Positions 1-9,120 of a stretch of DNA of 64,000 nt are shown here, in pieces. Position numbers and translations under genes: made by a program. The stretch lies in the IMG/VR virus record IMGVR_UViG_3300023202_000102, positions 2,700 to 66,699 of that record; one strand, written 5' to 3'. A model generated the notes under the pieces. That model did not search any database. It worked only from the letters and a program-made list of their open reading frames with translations, and was not told the origin of the DNA. Position 1 is the first letter of the stretch. Every line of letters begins with the position of its first letter. This DNA is from a virus (Duplodnaviria; Heunggongvirae; Uroviricota; Caudoviricetes).

Positions 1-310
1 TTGTTTCTGTTACGAACGGAGAGCCTTCAGCCCCACCTGTTCTAATAGTAATAGCTCCCAGGGTGTAGCCGTCATCCTGACCACCACCTGTACGAAGGAA
101 GATGTCACCTAGATGAAAGTCAGTGCCTGTTCCACCACCAAAGTTCTCAATGAACATATCTCCACCAAGCGCTGACGTACTCCATCCTGCTTGAATTCTA
201 ACGGCACCAGCAATTGTTGCACCAGAACCTGCGGTAATATCAATGTTCTTTAAGGTGAGGACGTTGGTATCATTCGCCCCTCTAAGTGTATTGGATTTCT
301 TGAATGACAT
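1..310 (-). CDS. Glycine-rich repeat structural (fiber-like) protein, N-terminal part only; the C-terminus lies beyond the window edge
   Basis: Minus-strand ATG at 308-310 with AGAGGA Shine-Dalgarno; translation MSFKKSNTLRGANDTNVLTLKNIDITAGSGATIAGAV...GGGTGTDFHLGDIF...TGGGQDDGY shows the same G-rich TGG/SGA repeats as downstream paralogs. Confidence 0.5.
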   Translation of the reverse strand, partial: MSFKKSNTLRGANDTNVLTLKNIDITAGSGATIAGAVRIQAGWSTSALGGDMFIENFGGGTGTDFHLGDIFLRTGGGQDDGYTLGAITIRTGGAEGSPFVTET

Positions 311-319
311 AAATTCCTC

Positions 320-2110
320 TTAGAAAGCAAGCCAGGTGCTAAGCGTAGCGTCCCAGATGTAAGTGACCGCCGCTCTATCATCTGAGATAACATCATCAGA
401 TGCATCATTATCTATAGTGTTTCCATTACGACCAACGGTAATGTTAGAGATGCTTGCTTCACGTCCATAGTCCTTGATAACAATACGCTCTCCATCAACT
501 GGCGTCGTTGGTAGGTTAATTGTGGCTGGACCATTAGTTCCAGAAGCTGATGTGTCCACCGGAATAAGTCTGTACCCCGCTGAAGATGCGTCAGCTATTG
601 TTGTTGGGGTTGATGTAACTACCGTATCAACATCAATACCTCCAGACACATCATCAAAAGATAGATTACCAGCGCCATCTGTAACCATTGCCTGACCAGC
701 AGTACCATCTGCTGTTGGCCAGGTAAGTGCGGTTCCAGCATCAAGAATGATGTCACCCTGGTTTCCGTTGGCATTACCAGTAGTGAGTGTGATGTGTCCT
801 GAGTTAGAACCACCTGATGTTAACGCATCACCAGTATCAATACTTACACTGGCTGAGTCTCCCGCGCCATTAGATCCTGCTGTGGCTATCTGTATTGCGC
901 CAGAAGCAAACCCTCCAAAACCAGTACCGGATGTAAGAATTACATCACCACCAGCTGCGCTTCCAGATGTAGTGTTACCTCCAAGTAGTCTAACCCTACC
1001 CGCAGCACCACCTCCAGCAGTAGAAACATTACCACCTCTAATCTCTACGTACCCACTGAGACCTGGTGATACTACTGGAGCATCAGAGTCTCCAGCGAAT
1101 AGCTCTAAGTATCCACCGAAGCCTCCGCCGCGACCAAAGCCAGCATAAACTCCTGTGTTACCACCCTGACCAACGCCACCAACCGGCATGTCACCGCCAT
1201 GGATAGCTGCCTTGCCTGCACGACCACCGCCCACACCAGACGAAGCTCCGTCACCAGCATAAATGTAACCATCACCACCAATAATTTGAGGGCTTCCTGT
1301 CAGAGCATCGTTACAGAATACTAAGAAAGATCCTGTCTTTGGGGTGGGTGCACCACCTCCTGGCCAACCCATGTTAACACGAACATCACCAGTAGAAGAA
1401 CCGGTTGTAGTTCGTCCTGTATTCAAAAACAGATCTCCAGTGGTAGAAGAGCCAAAAGCACCAGACTCTACCGTCACTGGCCCTGTAGTTGTTCCACCAT
1501 ACTGAGAGCGAATAGTTACACCACCAGTTGTTCCAGAGCCACCATTAGATTGAATGGTAACAAACCCAGAGTCTGTAAGGCCAGCGCCAGAAGTAATAGT
1601 AATAGCACCACCGGTTGCTCCAGTAGATGTACCACCTGTAATTTGAACGGGCTCAGGAGAACCAGCAGCAACGGCCGTTGTAATGCTTGAAAGGATCCCC
1701 TCCTCTCTGGTAAGAACAATGTCATACCCATCTGATGTGTTACCGAGGAAAAGCGTGACTCCTAGTGTTTCATCTCCACCGCCGCCTACGAACAGATTGT
1801 TTAAGGCATCTGAAATAGTTGTTCCGGCAACCGAGGAGTCATTGAACAATAGGTCAGATGAGTTTCCACCTAGGGTGATAGTGGTACCGGCTGAGTCTGT
1901 AAACTTAGGAAGTGTAGGACCGGTATCCTCTACCCAGAATGCTCCTTTGCTAGCCCCTGTGGTTGGATCGCCGCCAGGAGATAGGGCACGAGCAGTGTGG
2001 TTGACGCCAGAAACATCCTGTATTTCGGCATCGCTGGCTGTTACGAAGCCAGTGCCATCTTCATCTAGTATTGTAATTGCTCCAAGAAGCTCTTCTCTAG
2101 GTAGTACCAT
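320..2110 (-). CDS. Glycine-rich beta-helix-type repeat fiber protein (596 aa), paralog family
   Basis: Long ORF; N-terminus MVLPREELLGAITILDEDG conserved with the 6429 and 9121 genes; body made of GG(T/S)xGxxTGG-type repeats; 'GDPTTGASKGAFWVEDTG' module. Confidence 0.6.
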   Translation of the reverse strand: MVLPREELLGAITILDEDGTGFVTASDAEIQDVSGVNHTARALSPGGDPTTGASKGAFWVEDTGPTLPKFTDSAGTTITLGGNSSDLLFNDSSVAGTTISDALNNLFVGGGGDETLGVTLFLGNTSDGYDIVLTREEGILSSITTAVAAGSPEPVQITGGTSTGATGGAITITSGAGLTDSGFVTIQSNGGSGTTGGVTIRSQYGGTTTGPVTVESGAFGSSTTGDLFLNTGRTTTGSSTGDVRVNMGWPGGGAPTPKTGSFLVFCNDALTGSPQIIGGDGYIYAGDGASSGVGGGRAGKAAIHGGDMPVGGVGQGGNTGVYAGFGRGGGFGGYLELFAGDSDAPVVSPGLSGYVEIRGGNVSTAGGGAAGRVRLLGGNTTSGSAAGGDVILTSGTGFGGFASGAIQIATAGSNGAGDSASVSIDTGDALTSGGSNSGHITLTTGNANGNQGDIILDAGTALTWPTADGTAGQAMVTDGAGNLSFDDVSGGIDVDTVVTSTPTTIADASSAGYRLIPVDTSASGTNGPATINLPTTPVDGERIVIKDYGREASISNITVGRNGNTIDNDASDDVISDDRAAVTYIWDATLSTWLAF

Positions 2111-2151
2111 GGGACCTCATTTGCTAGAACTATGCTGGATTATTCCCTTTC

Positions 2152-5100
2152 TCAGATGGTTACTACTCCGTATTGTTGCTTCAAATACTCTACGTTTTTA
2201 GCTATTGCTTCGTTAGAATGAGCGCCTTGGCAGGCAATAAATCTAGTTGAGGTTGATTCATATTTAGAAGTTAAAAACTGGTTAGTAAGGATTCTCATAC
2301 CATTAGCTGGTGTAAATGAATTAAGAGTTCCATCAACAAGATCGGCGGACTGACCGTCAGGGTGAAGTTCGAACCTAGAATTAGAGCCGTCTATCCTAGC
2401 AACCCATACACAAACGGGAGTTCCAGATGGCTCAGCTGCCTTAATAGCAGATGGCGGAATAGATACTCCCGGAGCGCCACCAGATGTAAACCTAGCCATT
2501 ATCCACGTAGAGTTAGTGGAAGAGAAGATACCACCAGATGATGCTATGTATTTAGCTACAATGTAGAGTGTCATCTGGTTGTAATTTGGAACAGAGTTGT
2601 TCTGAAACCCATCGTTGTTAGATGGTGGAGATGCCCATGATGCATTGCCTCTGAAATCAGAATCGGATTGGTTCAGACCGACAGGTCCGTTCAAATCTTC
2701 AAACAAATATGCATTGGTAGAGGCGTCTGTTACTTCGTCGGTTGTTGTGGTTCCAACAGCGTTGTTAGCGTCAAGATCGATAATTATTCCAGAGAACAAA
2801 TCGCTTACACTTACACGCCCTAGAGCCTTGTCAGTTTCTTTGTTGATATCATAATCTGAAAGTGCTCTGTCAATAATTTTGACGTTTGATATTATCCCTT
2901 CAGATGTGGCCGTGTTGTATCCAATGGTAAGCAACCCAGAAGAACCACCAGTAGGGTCTGTAAGAGTTCCAGATTCTCCCACCAAAACCCCATTAAGATA
3001 GAAAGAAACAACAGAGCTTTCTCTCTTCATTGTACAATGGTATAGCTTGCCCTCTTCTATTACACCGGCTGATGTGGTGTATGAAATATTTGTTCCACCC
3101 GAATGTTCTGCAAAGTATTGAAGAGCACCGGTTGAAAGAACTGATGATTGGTACAAAACATTATCAGCACTTGAGTCCGATGGACCACCCATTCTAACAA
3201 ACTGATCCTCGCCAGAAGATGGTAGCTGCCTACAATAGTATGTCCATTCAACAGTGATGTCTCCTGTAATTTGAAGGTCTGAATCTGTTGATGATTGTCC
3301 AAACTCATTAGTGCCATCCATGTACGCACCATGAGCGCCAGACTCATAGCGAACATAGCTTTCAGAACCAGCTTCAACAGATAAGGTTTCTCTTCCATTA
3401 CTAGATTCATCTATAAGGTTTGTGTCTAGTGGAAATAAAGCTAGCGGATCATAATCTGTACCAAGCTTGCCTGCAGAGATTGGTAGTGTGTATCTTTGAA
3501 TGTTATATTTTGGACTGTTCTCTAAACGAACAGCTGACGGGTATGATGGAACTATTAAGGTTTTAGGAGCGTCCTCAATAATATCTCCGGAATCCATATC
3601 GGTCATAATTGCTGGGTTTGAATTACCAGAATAATCTAACAATGTTGGGAAGGTATCATCATCACCCATGTACCAATACCCTATTAGGTTTGAGAAAGCT
3701 GTAGTGTCTGTTACATTTTTTGTTGTTCCTCCATTGTAAATGGAGGTTATTTCTGTACCTGACAGTGGTCTGTCAAACATGGCAACATCATCCATTTGCC
3801 CTGTAAGCGTTGATTCTCCATCTGATCTAGAGCCCAGGTTATGTACAGCAGATGCATCTATACATGTTGAAGTAATTGAATCAGTGTCATCATTATCCAG
3901 GCTCTCACTGCGACCATCAACCCATATCTCAAAATCTGAAGCAACAACTGGTGACGAGTTTGAAACCTTGTTAAATACAACATGGTGCCACTCTCCATCA
4001 TTCCATCCTCCAGAGGATGTTGTGACAGTGAAATCATTGCCATCTGATACTTGTTCTAAGTAAGTTCTAAATTTTCCAGAATCTCTCATCTGAACACCAC
4101 ACTGACCTTCTGATGAAACGGCATCTGGATGATTATAAGCCCATAAATAATTGATCCCAGAGTCTGTAGATTTTACCCACAATGATATTGCCCATGTTGT
4201 ATCATAATCAAAAACATCAAGCTCGGCTGGAGCATTCAAATCAACCCATCCAGTGTTATCAAAATTAATTGAATAATTTGAGTGCGGAATAATAAGAGGG
4301 TTGTTGCACCATGATGTTAGTAATCTATTTTCTTTTGGTGGTGGAGCGAGGGGGCCAGCAAGATACATAGCCTCTCTGTCTTCAAGAGAGATGGTTCCGT
4401 TATAAACGGCTACCCAATAAATATTTCCCTCAAAAGTAACAAGGCCAGTATCTCTTGCGCCAATGCTAATATCCGTTGTTCCTCCATATGAAGTAGGTGA
4501 GTCGTTGCTTACATTTACAGATCCAATATCTATATTGTCTGCAGAAAAACTCATTCCAGAAGAGTCAGAAGATCCATCGTATTCACATGTAATAAAATGA
4601 GGAAGGTTATCATCTGGAAAAGCATCCGCATCTGAATCTCTTCCTCTGAAGGAACCTCCATCTTCTTGAGAGTGACGTATCTCCCCATTAGGATAAATGT
4701 AAATGCCCCAACCATCTAGTGATGTATTTCTTTTAGCTATTATGTGACCATCAGCTCCGCTTGGTCTAGATGCCCAGAACACTATTGTATACGGATCTGC
4801 TGTATCAAATGTTAATGATGGATCATGTGGTATCTCCCCATACTGATTAGTCCCATTAAGAACTAGAGAGTATGGATTAGCTCTAGAATCTCCTCCAGAT
4901 CTCAGTCCGTTTTCAACTAAAGAGTTATTGTAGTTTACTGTAGCGCCATCAAGTTCATAACCATCTAGGTCATAACCATCAGCTAGATGAGTGTGAAGTG
5001 GTCCGTCTTTAAGAGGCCAGTATCCTACCGGCATGTTACCAGATAGCTCCAACCCTTTTACATCAATCATACGTCCGCCATTATAAATGACGTTTACATC

Positions 5101-5634
5101 TGATTGTACTAGTTCATAATCATAGTACTGACCATGCTTAAGGTAACCAGTAAAAAACCTATCAGAGTTTCTTGCACCAATGTTAAGTGGCTCTGTATTG
5201 AGTGTGCTTCCTGTTAGGTTATTAGTATCAGTTGATGTTGGTTGAGCTGTTCCGTCAACGTAAATTGTAAGACCTGACACGTCAGAGTTTCCAGAGTATG
5301 TGACTATACAACAATGCCATTGTCCATTATTAAACCCGGACGTAGTGGTTCTAATCTGAAGACGAGCCGCTCCACCACCTACTCCCTCAAATCTAAACCA
5401 AATGTTTCCAGGCGTTGTATCCCCAACACCCCAGTAATACCCTCTAAAATCTCCGGTATTTTCTGCCTTAGATATCAATGATCCAAAGTCTGGATTGGAT
5501 GTTCTAAACCAGCACACCAGTGAGAACGGATCTAATCTATCTGGAGTTAAAAGATCGTTGTGCGGCACCTCGATGTGCTGATTGCCATTAAAAGACATGG
5601 CATTAGATGGTCTGTGTTTGAAAGTTAAGCTCAT
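2152..5634 (-). CDS. Large structural protein (1160 aa) with repeated concanavalin-A/LamG-like jelly-roll domains (tail fiber/baseplate-like)
   Basis: Repeated blocks such as 'LVCWFRTSNPDFGSLISKAEN...WHCCIVTYSGNSDVSGLTIYVDG' and 'WAISLWVKSTDSGINYLWAYN...EWHHVVFNKVSNSS...EIWVDG' are typical of LamG/ConA-like lectin folds. Confidence 0.5.
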   Translation of the reverse strand: MSLTFKHRPSNAMSFNGNQHIEVPHNDLLTPDRLDPFSLVCWFRTSNPDFGSLISKAENTGDFRGYYWGVGDTTPGNIWFRFEGVGGGAARLQIRTTTSGFNNGQWHCCIVTYSGNSDVSGLTIYVDGTAQPTSTDTNNLTGSTLNTEPLNIGARNSDRFFTGYLKHGQYYDYELVQSDVNVIYNGGRMIDVKGLELSGNMPVGYWPLKDGPLHTHLADGYDLDGYELDGATVNYNNSLVENGLRSGGDSRANPYSLVLNGTNQYGEIPHDPSLTFDTADPYTIVFWASRPSGADGHIIAKRNTSLDGWGIYIYPNGEIRHSQEDGGSFRGRDSDADAFPDDNLPHFITCEYDGSSDSSGMSFSADNIDIGSVNVSNDSPTSYGGTTDISIGARDTGLVTFEGNIYWVAVYNGTISLEDREAMYLAGPLAPPPKENRLLTSWCNNPLIIPHSNYSINFDNTGWVDLNAPAELDVFDYDTTWAISLWVKSTDSGINYLWAYNHPDAVSSEGQCGVQMRDSGKFRTYLEQVSDGNDFTVTTSSGGWNDGEWHHVVFNKVSNSSPVVASDFEIWVDGRSESLDNDDTDSITSTCIDASAVHNLGSRSDGESTLTGQMDDVAMFDRPLSGTEITSIYNGGTTKNVTDTTAFSNLIGYWYMGDDDTFPTLLDYSGNSNPAIMTDMDSGDIIEDAPKTLIVPSYPSAVRLENSPKYNIQRYTLPISAGKLGTDYDPLALFPLDTNLIDESSNGRETLSVEAGSESYVRYESGAHGAYMDGTNEFGQSSTDSDLQITGDITVEWTYYCRQLPSSGEDQFVRMGGPSDSSADNVLYQSSVLSTGALQYFAEHSGGTNISYTTSAGVIEEGKLYHCTMKRESSVVSFYLNGVLVGESGTLTDPTGGSSGLLTIGYNTATSEGIISNVKIIDRALSDYDINKETDKALGRVSVSDLFSGIIIDLDANNAVGTTTTDEVTDASTNAYLFEDLNGPVGLNQSDSDFRGNASWASPPSNNDGFQNNSVPNYNQMTLYIVAKYIASSGGIFSSTNSTWIMARFTSGGAPGVSIPPSAIKAAEPSGTPVCVWVARIDGSNSRFELHPDGQSADLVDGTLNSFTPANGMRILTNQFLTSKYESTSTRFIACQGAHSNEAIAKNVEYLKQQYGVVTI

Positions 5635-5643
5635 TACAACCTC

Positions 5644-6414
5644 TTAGATATGTTTTATTATGTGGTTACCACTAGACATAGCTATGTTATTTATAGCTTT
5701 GATGCCCTCAAAAGCCGCCTTAGCATCTAGCTTAATGGGATTTGATTTGTCTGGAATTAATGTTAGTTTATCTTCTGACCACTCTCCCTGGTGATATCCG
5801 CTACAGTTCCATACATGAGGTAAAGCATCGCCTGGAACTGGATAGGTGTGCTGGTGCCCTGACCATCTTACAAACGCATAGTCCTTTGATGAGCGTGGTA
5901 GGATTTTATATCCCTCATCAATCATCTCAGATACCCATACAGAATCTTCACCCCATGGCTGTTCTGTTTCTTTGAAATAGATAGATTTATCTATTCTCCC
6001 AGCCAAAGTGCCACCACAAGCACCTCGGAAAACCCTCTTTGACTCACAGTAATATAGGCTTCCACTCTCAGCTCTCACATACACACTAGGAATGCCCGTC
6101 CCATCAGCGCCCATTTTTCTAACACTATCAATCTCTGGTAAGTACTCTGGCCCGTAGTAATCATCAACATCGATTCGTACAAACCAATCACCAGGAGCGG
6201 ACTCTTTTTTCAGATGGTCGAAAGCACTCTGTAAAAATGGAACAACACCAACCTTATCCTGAGTAATGGCGTCGTCAAACAACCCCATAGCTTCGCCTGT
6301 TTCAACCACAAGAACCTGAACATTTAGATTACTTTTGTTAAGTCTATCCAGGTTCTTGTGAAGTTGTTTTTCAAATACTTTATCTTTGATTCCGATAACT
6401 AACCAATACTTCAT
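5644..6414 (-). CDS. Hypothetical protein, possible GT-A fold glycosyltransferase (DxD-like 'RIDVDDY')
   Basis: 256 aa ORF between structural genes; N-terminal 'YWLVIGIKDK...NVQVLVVETGE' followed by 'IDVDDYYG' resembles a nucleotide-sugar transferase Rossmann-like N-half; weak. Confidence 0.35.
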   Translation of the reverse strand: MKYWLVIGIKDKVFEKQLHKNLDRLNKSNLNVQVLVVETGEAMGLFDDAITQDKVGVVPFLQSAFDHLKKESAPGDWFVRIDVDDYYGPEYLPEIDSVRKMGADGTGIPSVYVRAESGSLYYCESKRVFRGACGGTLAGRIDKSIYFKETEQPWGEDSVWVSEMIDEGYKILPRSSKDYAFVRWSGHQHTYPVPGDALPHVWNCSGYHQGEWSEDKLTLIPDKSNPIKLDAKAAFEGIKAINNIAMSSGNHIIKHI

Positions 6415-6428
6415 GTCTTTCCATTGCC

Positions 6429-9110
6429 TTAGTCATCAACCATAGTGATAAGGGTTAGCTCTATTTGTACAAAGTATCTTGGCTGATCTGCTGTTCCAGC
6501 AGATCCGATTTGAACCCTTGGAGCAGCAGGAGAGTCGCCATCATTTGTTGCAACAAAGGTTAATGATCCGGCTGATGCTGCAAGAAGTTCGTCATCAATC
6601 CTATCAGAGGTGCTAGAATATCCATTAGAATCTCCTCCCCATGTCCAGGAGGCAACCCATTTAGATACATCGTATGACGATCCGTCAGCTCTTTGAACAG
6701 ATACAGTTACTGCTGCCATGAGCTTGGCATCATCGCTTCCAATTGGGGTTACACCACCAATTACAAAAGGAAGATCATAGTTAACTGCATCTTCATTATT
6801 GTTTTCCAAAACCACAAACAATGTCTCAGTGCCAACCTGGGCCGTTGTGGATGGAACATAATTATCAACATAACCATCAGACTCAAATGCAACTACATTG
6901 TCATTACCAGACTGATCTGTGAAAACCATCTTCTCATCATCACGGACCCAGAGTGTTCCCTCGTCTCCAGCTCCAGATGATGGATCGTATGGTGTTGTTG
7001 ATTGTTCAGAGAAAACCATTCCGGTTGGGTCTATTAGACCACCAACCGTAAGTTTGTTTGTTATCTCAAGGCTACCATTTACAAGAACAATACCATCTGT
7101 TCCTGATGTTGACGCTCCTGGATTAAGTTCAATATTACCAGAGTCACCACCATTTGTATCACCTGTTGATAATACAATAGATCCAGAGTTGGAGCTTGCT
7201 GCAGCTCTTGAGTTATCTCCGGTTGTAACAGAGAAACCTCCGGTTACAGTTGCGTCTGTGTCATCCGAGTCTCCAGATGTAAAGGTAAACCCTCCAGAAT
7301 CTCCTCCCTGTGCATCTCCAGTTGTTACATCAAAACCACCAGAGCCGCCTGTGTTTCCCGCTCCGGAAGTAAAAGAGAAACCACCAGACGTACCGCTACC
7401 ACCGGCACCAGTTACAACATCAAAAGAACCAGATCCTACGCTGTCACCAGACCCTGTTGTAAGAGTAATAGAACCAGAACCTCCAGAGTTTCCTGCTCCG
7501 GTAGTGACCGATACAGATCCTGAAGCTCCGCTTTGACCTGCGCCAGTAAGAATATCAACATCGCCCGAGCCGTTGGCTGGAGAACCTCCCGTTAAAGTAA
7601 TTGTTGTTGGATTGCCACCGCCGCCGGTATTGTTTGTTCTAAGAACAACACTTCCAGAATCAGAGCCTCCGTCTATCTGAAGGGCTTCAAGCAATACCTG
7701 CCCACCAGTTCCGGAAACTCCATTGGCTGATGTTCTAAGTATGATATCACCACCTTCATTACCAGAAGCATCTGTTTGAATTCTAATATTACCGCCAGCG
7801 GCTGAGCCAACACTAGGCGTTGCTGTTCCCGTTGTATAGTTACGAATTAGAATTTCATCACCAGGGCCGCCCTGTGATTGAGCTTGAATGGAAATTGGTC
7901 CGGAACCGCCACCATCTCCTGTGCTTTCAATAGTAATCGGAGCGCCGGGGCCGCCGCCGCCAGCATCAGTTCTAATAGTAATCTCACCTGAGATGCCCGA
8001 ACCAGTTGTGATTAGATCAATGGTACCAGAAGTTCCTCCGGTTGATGTTGTGGTTAATGAAATGTCTCCAGAGTTACCACCGGTTGTGGTACTAAAGTTA
8101 AAGTTACCACCATTACCACCTGGATTTGTGTTGATAAAGGATACATCGCCACCTCCAGTACCAGAACCATCTAGAGTTACTGTGAAGTTTCCAGGAGATC
8201 CAGAGCCGTTGTTTGAATCAAATACAAAATCACCACCTGTGGTGCCAGATCCGGTGAGCGTAACGTTAAGGTTTCCAGATGGCCCACCACCATTTGTGGA
8301 CTTTAAGTTTAAGTTACCACCAGCTGGCGCTCCTCCAGAGTAAGAGAAGATATCAATATCTCCCGATGGACCACCATTTGCACTAGAGAATAGGCTTACA
8401 TTACCAGCGGTTGAAGAGCTGATAGATGCGACAACTACATCACCAGATGGTGCAGCCGTACACTCGGAGGAAAGCTTTACCTGTCCAGAGGTGTTAGATG
8501 TTGAGAACGATCCGTAATAACCATCTCCAGATCTACCATTAGTAGACTCTGCTCTAACGGTTAGGGTTCCACCAAATCCAGAGTTTCCACTACCTGTTGT
8601 GATAGAGACATCACCAGAGTCTCCTGTTCCAACACTGGACCCTGTGCTAACAATAAAATCTCCACCATTATTGGTTCCAGTACCTGTTGTAAGAAATAAA
8701 TTACCAGAACTTCCCGCTCCATTATCTTTGGTTCTAATGGTTACCGCATCTGTTGCAAGTTCGCCAGTAATAGTATCGCCCGTTGACAGTTCTATACTTG
8801 TTCCTCCGGTAACATTTCCAAGACTTAAGGTCTCTGCCAGGTCTTCGTTGCCACCTGTACCTCCAACACCCGGTCCACCGATTACAAAATCAGTAGCAGT
8901 ACGGTCAGTATAAACTAAGTAACCATCATCTCTGGTCCATACCAACCCTTCTGTTCCTGAGGCTGATGGATCGTAAGGCGCAGAACCTTGCTCATTCATT
9001 GCGTTACCCGCAACGTTAGTCATGTTTGCACCAGAGGCATTTACACTGCCACCGTTGTCCTTATCGAGGATTGTAATTGGACCTAGTTGTTCTTCAATAG
9101 GGCGTACCAT
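6429..9110 (-). CDS. Glycine-rich repeat fiber protein (paralog), start placed at internal ATG 9110
   Basis: ORF 6429..9143. The ATG at 9110 (GGAGA Shine-Dalgarno) gives MVRPIEEQLGPITILDKDNGG, matching the conserved N-terminus of paralogs and avoiding overlap with the gene ending at 9121. Contains two copies of the 'PYDPS..G.EG.LWVRDD' module. Confidence 0.6.
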   Translation of the reverse strand: MVRPIEEQLGPITILDKDNGGSVNASGANMTNVAGNAMNEQGSAPYDPSASGTEGLVWTRDDGYLVYTDRTATDFVIGGPGVGGTGGNEDLAETLSLGNVTGGTSIELSTGDTITGELATDAVTIRTKDNGAGSSGNLFLTTGTGTNNGGDFIVSTGSSVGTGDSGDVSITTGSGNSGFGGTLTVRAESTNGRSGDGYYGSFSTSNTSGQVKLSSECTAAPSGDVVVASISSSTAGNVSLFSSANGGPSGDIDIFSYSGGAPAGGNLNLKSTNGGGPSGNLNVTLTGSGTTGGDFVFDSNNGSGSPGNFTVTLDGSGTGGGDVSFINTNPGGNGGNFNFSTTTGGNSGDISLTTTSTGGTSGTIDLITTGSGISGEITIRTDAGGGGPGAPITIESTGDGGGSGPISIQAQSQGGPGDEILIRNYTTGTATPSVGSAAGGNIRIQTDASGNEGGDIILRTSANGVSGTGGQVLLEALQIDGGSDSGSVVLRTNNTGGGGNPTTITLTGGSPANGSGDVDILTGAGQSGASGSVSVTTGAGNSGGSGSITLTTGSGDSVGSGSFDVVTGAGGSGTSGGFSFTSGAGNTGGSGGFDVTTGDAQGGDSGGFTFTSGDSDDTDATVTGGFSVTTGDNSRAAASSNSGSIVLSTGDTNGGDSGNIELNPGASTSGTDGIVLVNGSLEITNKLTVGGLIDPTGMVFSEQSTTPYDPSSGAGDEGTLWVRDDEKMVFTDQSGNDNVVAFESDGYVDNYVPSTTAQVGTETLFVVLENNNEDAVNYDLPFVIGGVTPIGSDDAKLMAAVTVSVQRADGSSYDVSKWVASWTWGGDSNGYSSTSDRIDDELLAASAGSLTFVATNDGDSPAAPRVQIGSAGTADQPRYFVQIELTLITMVDD

Positions 9111-9120
9111 AGTTCTCCGC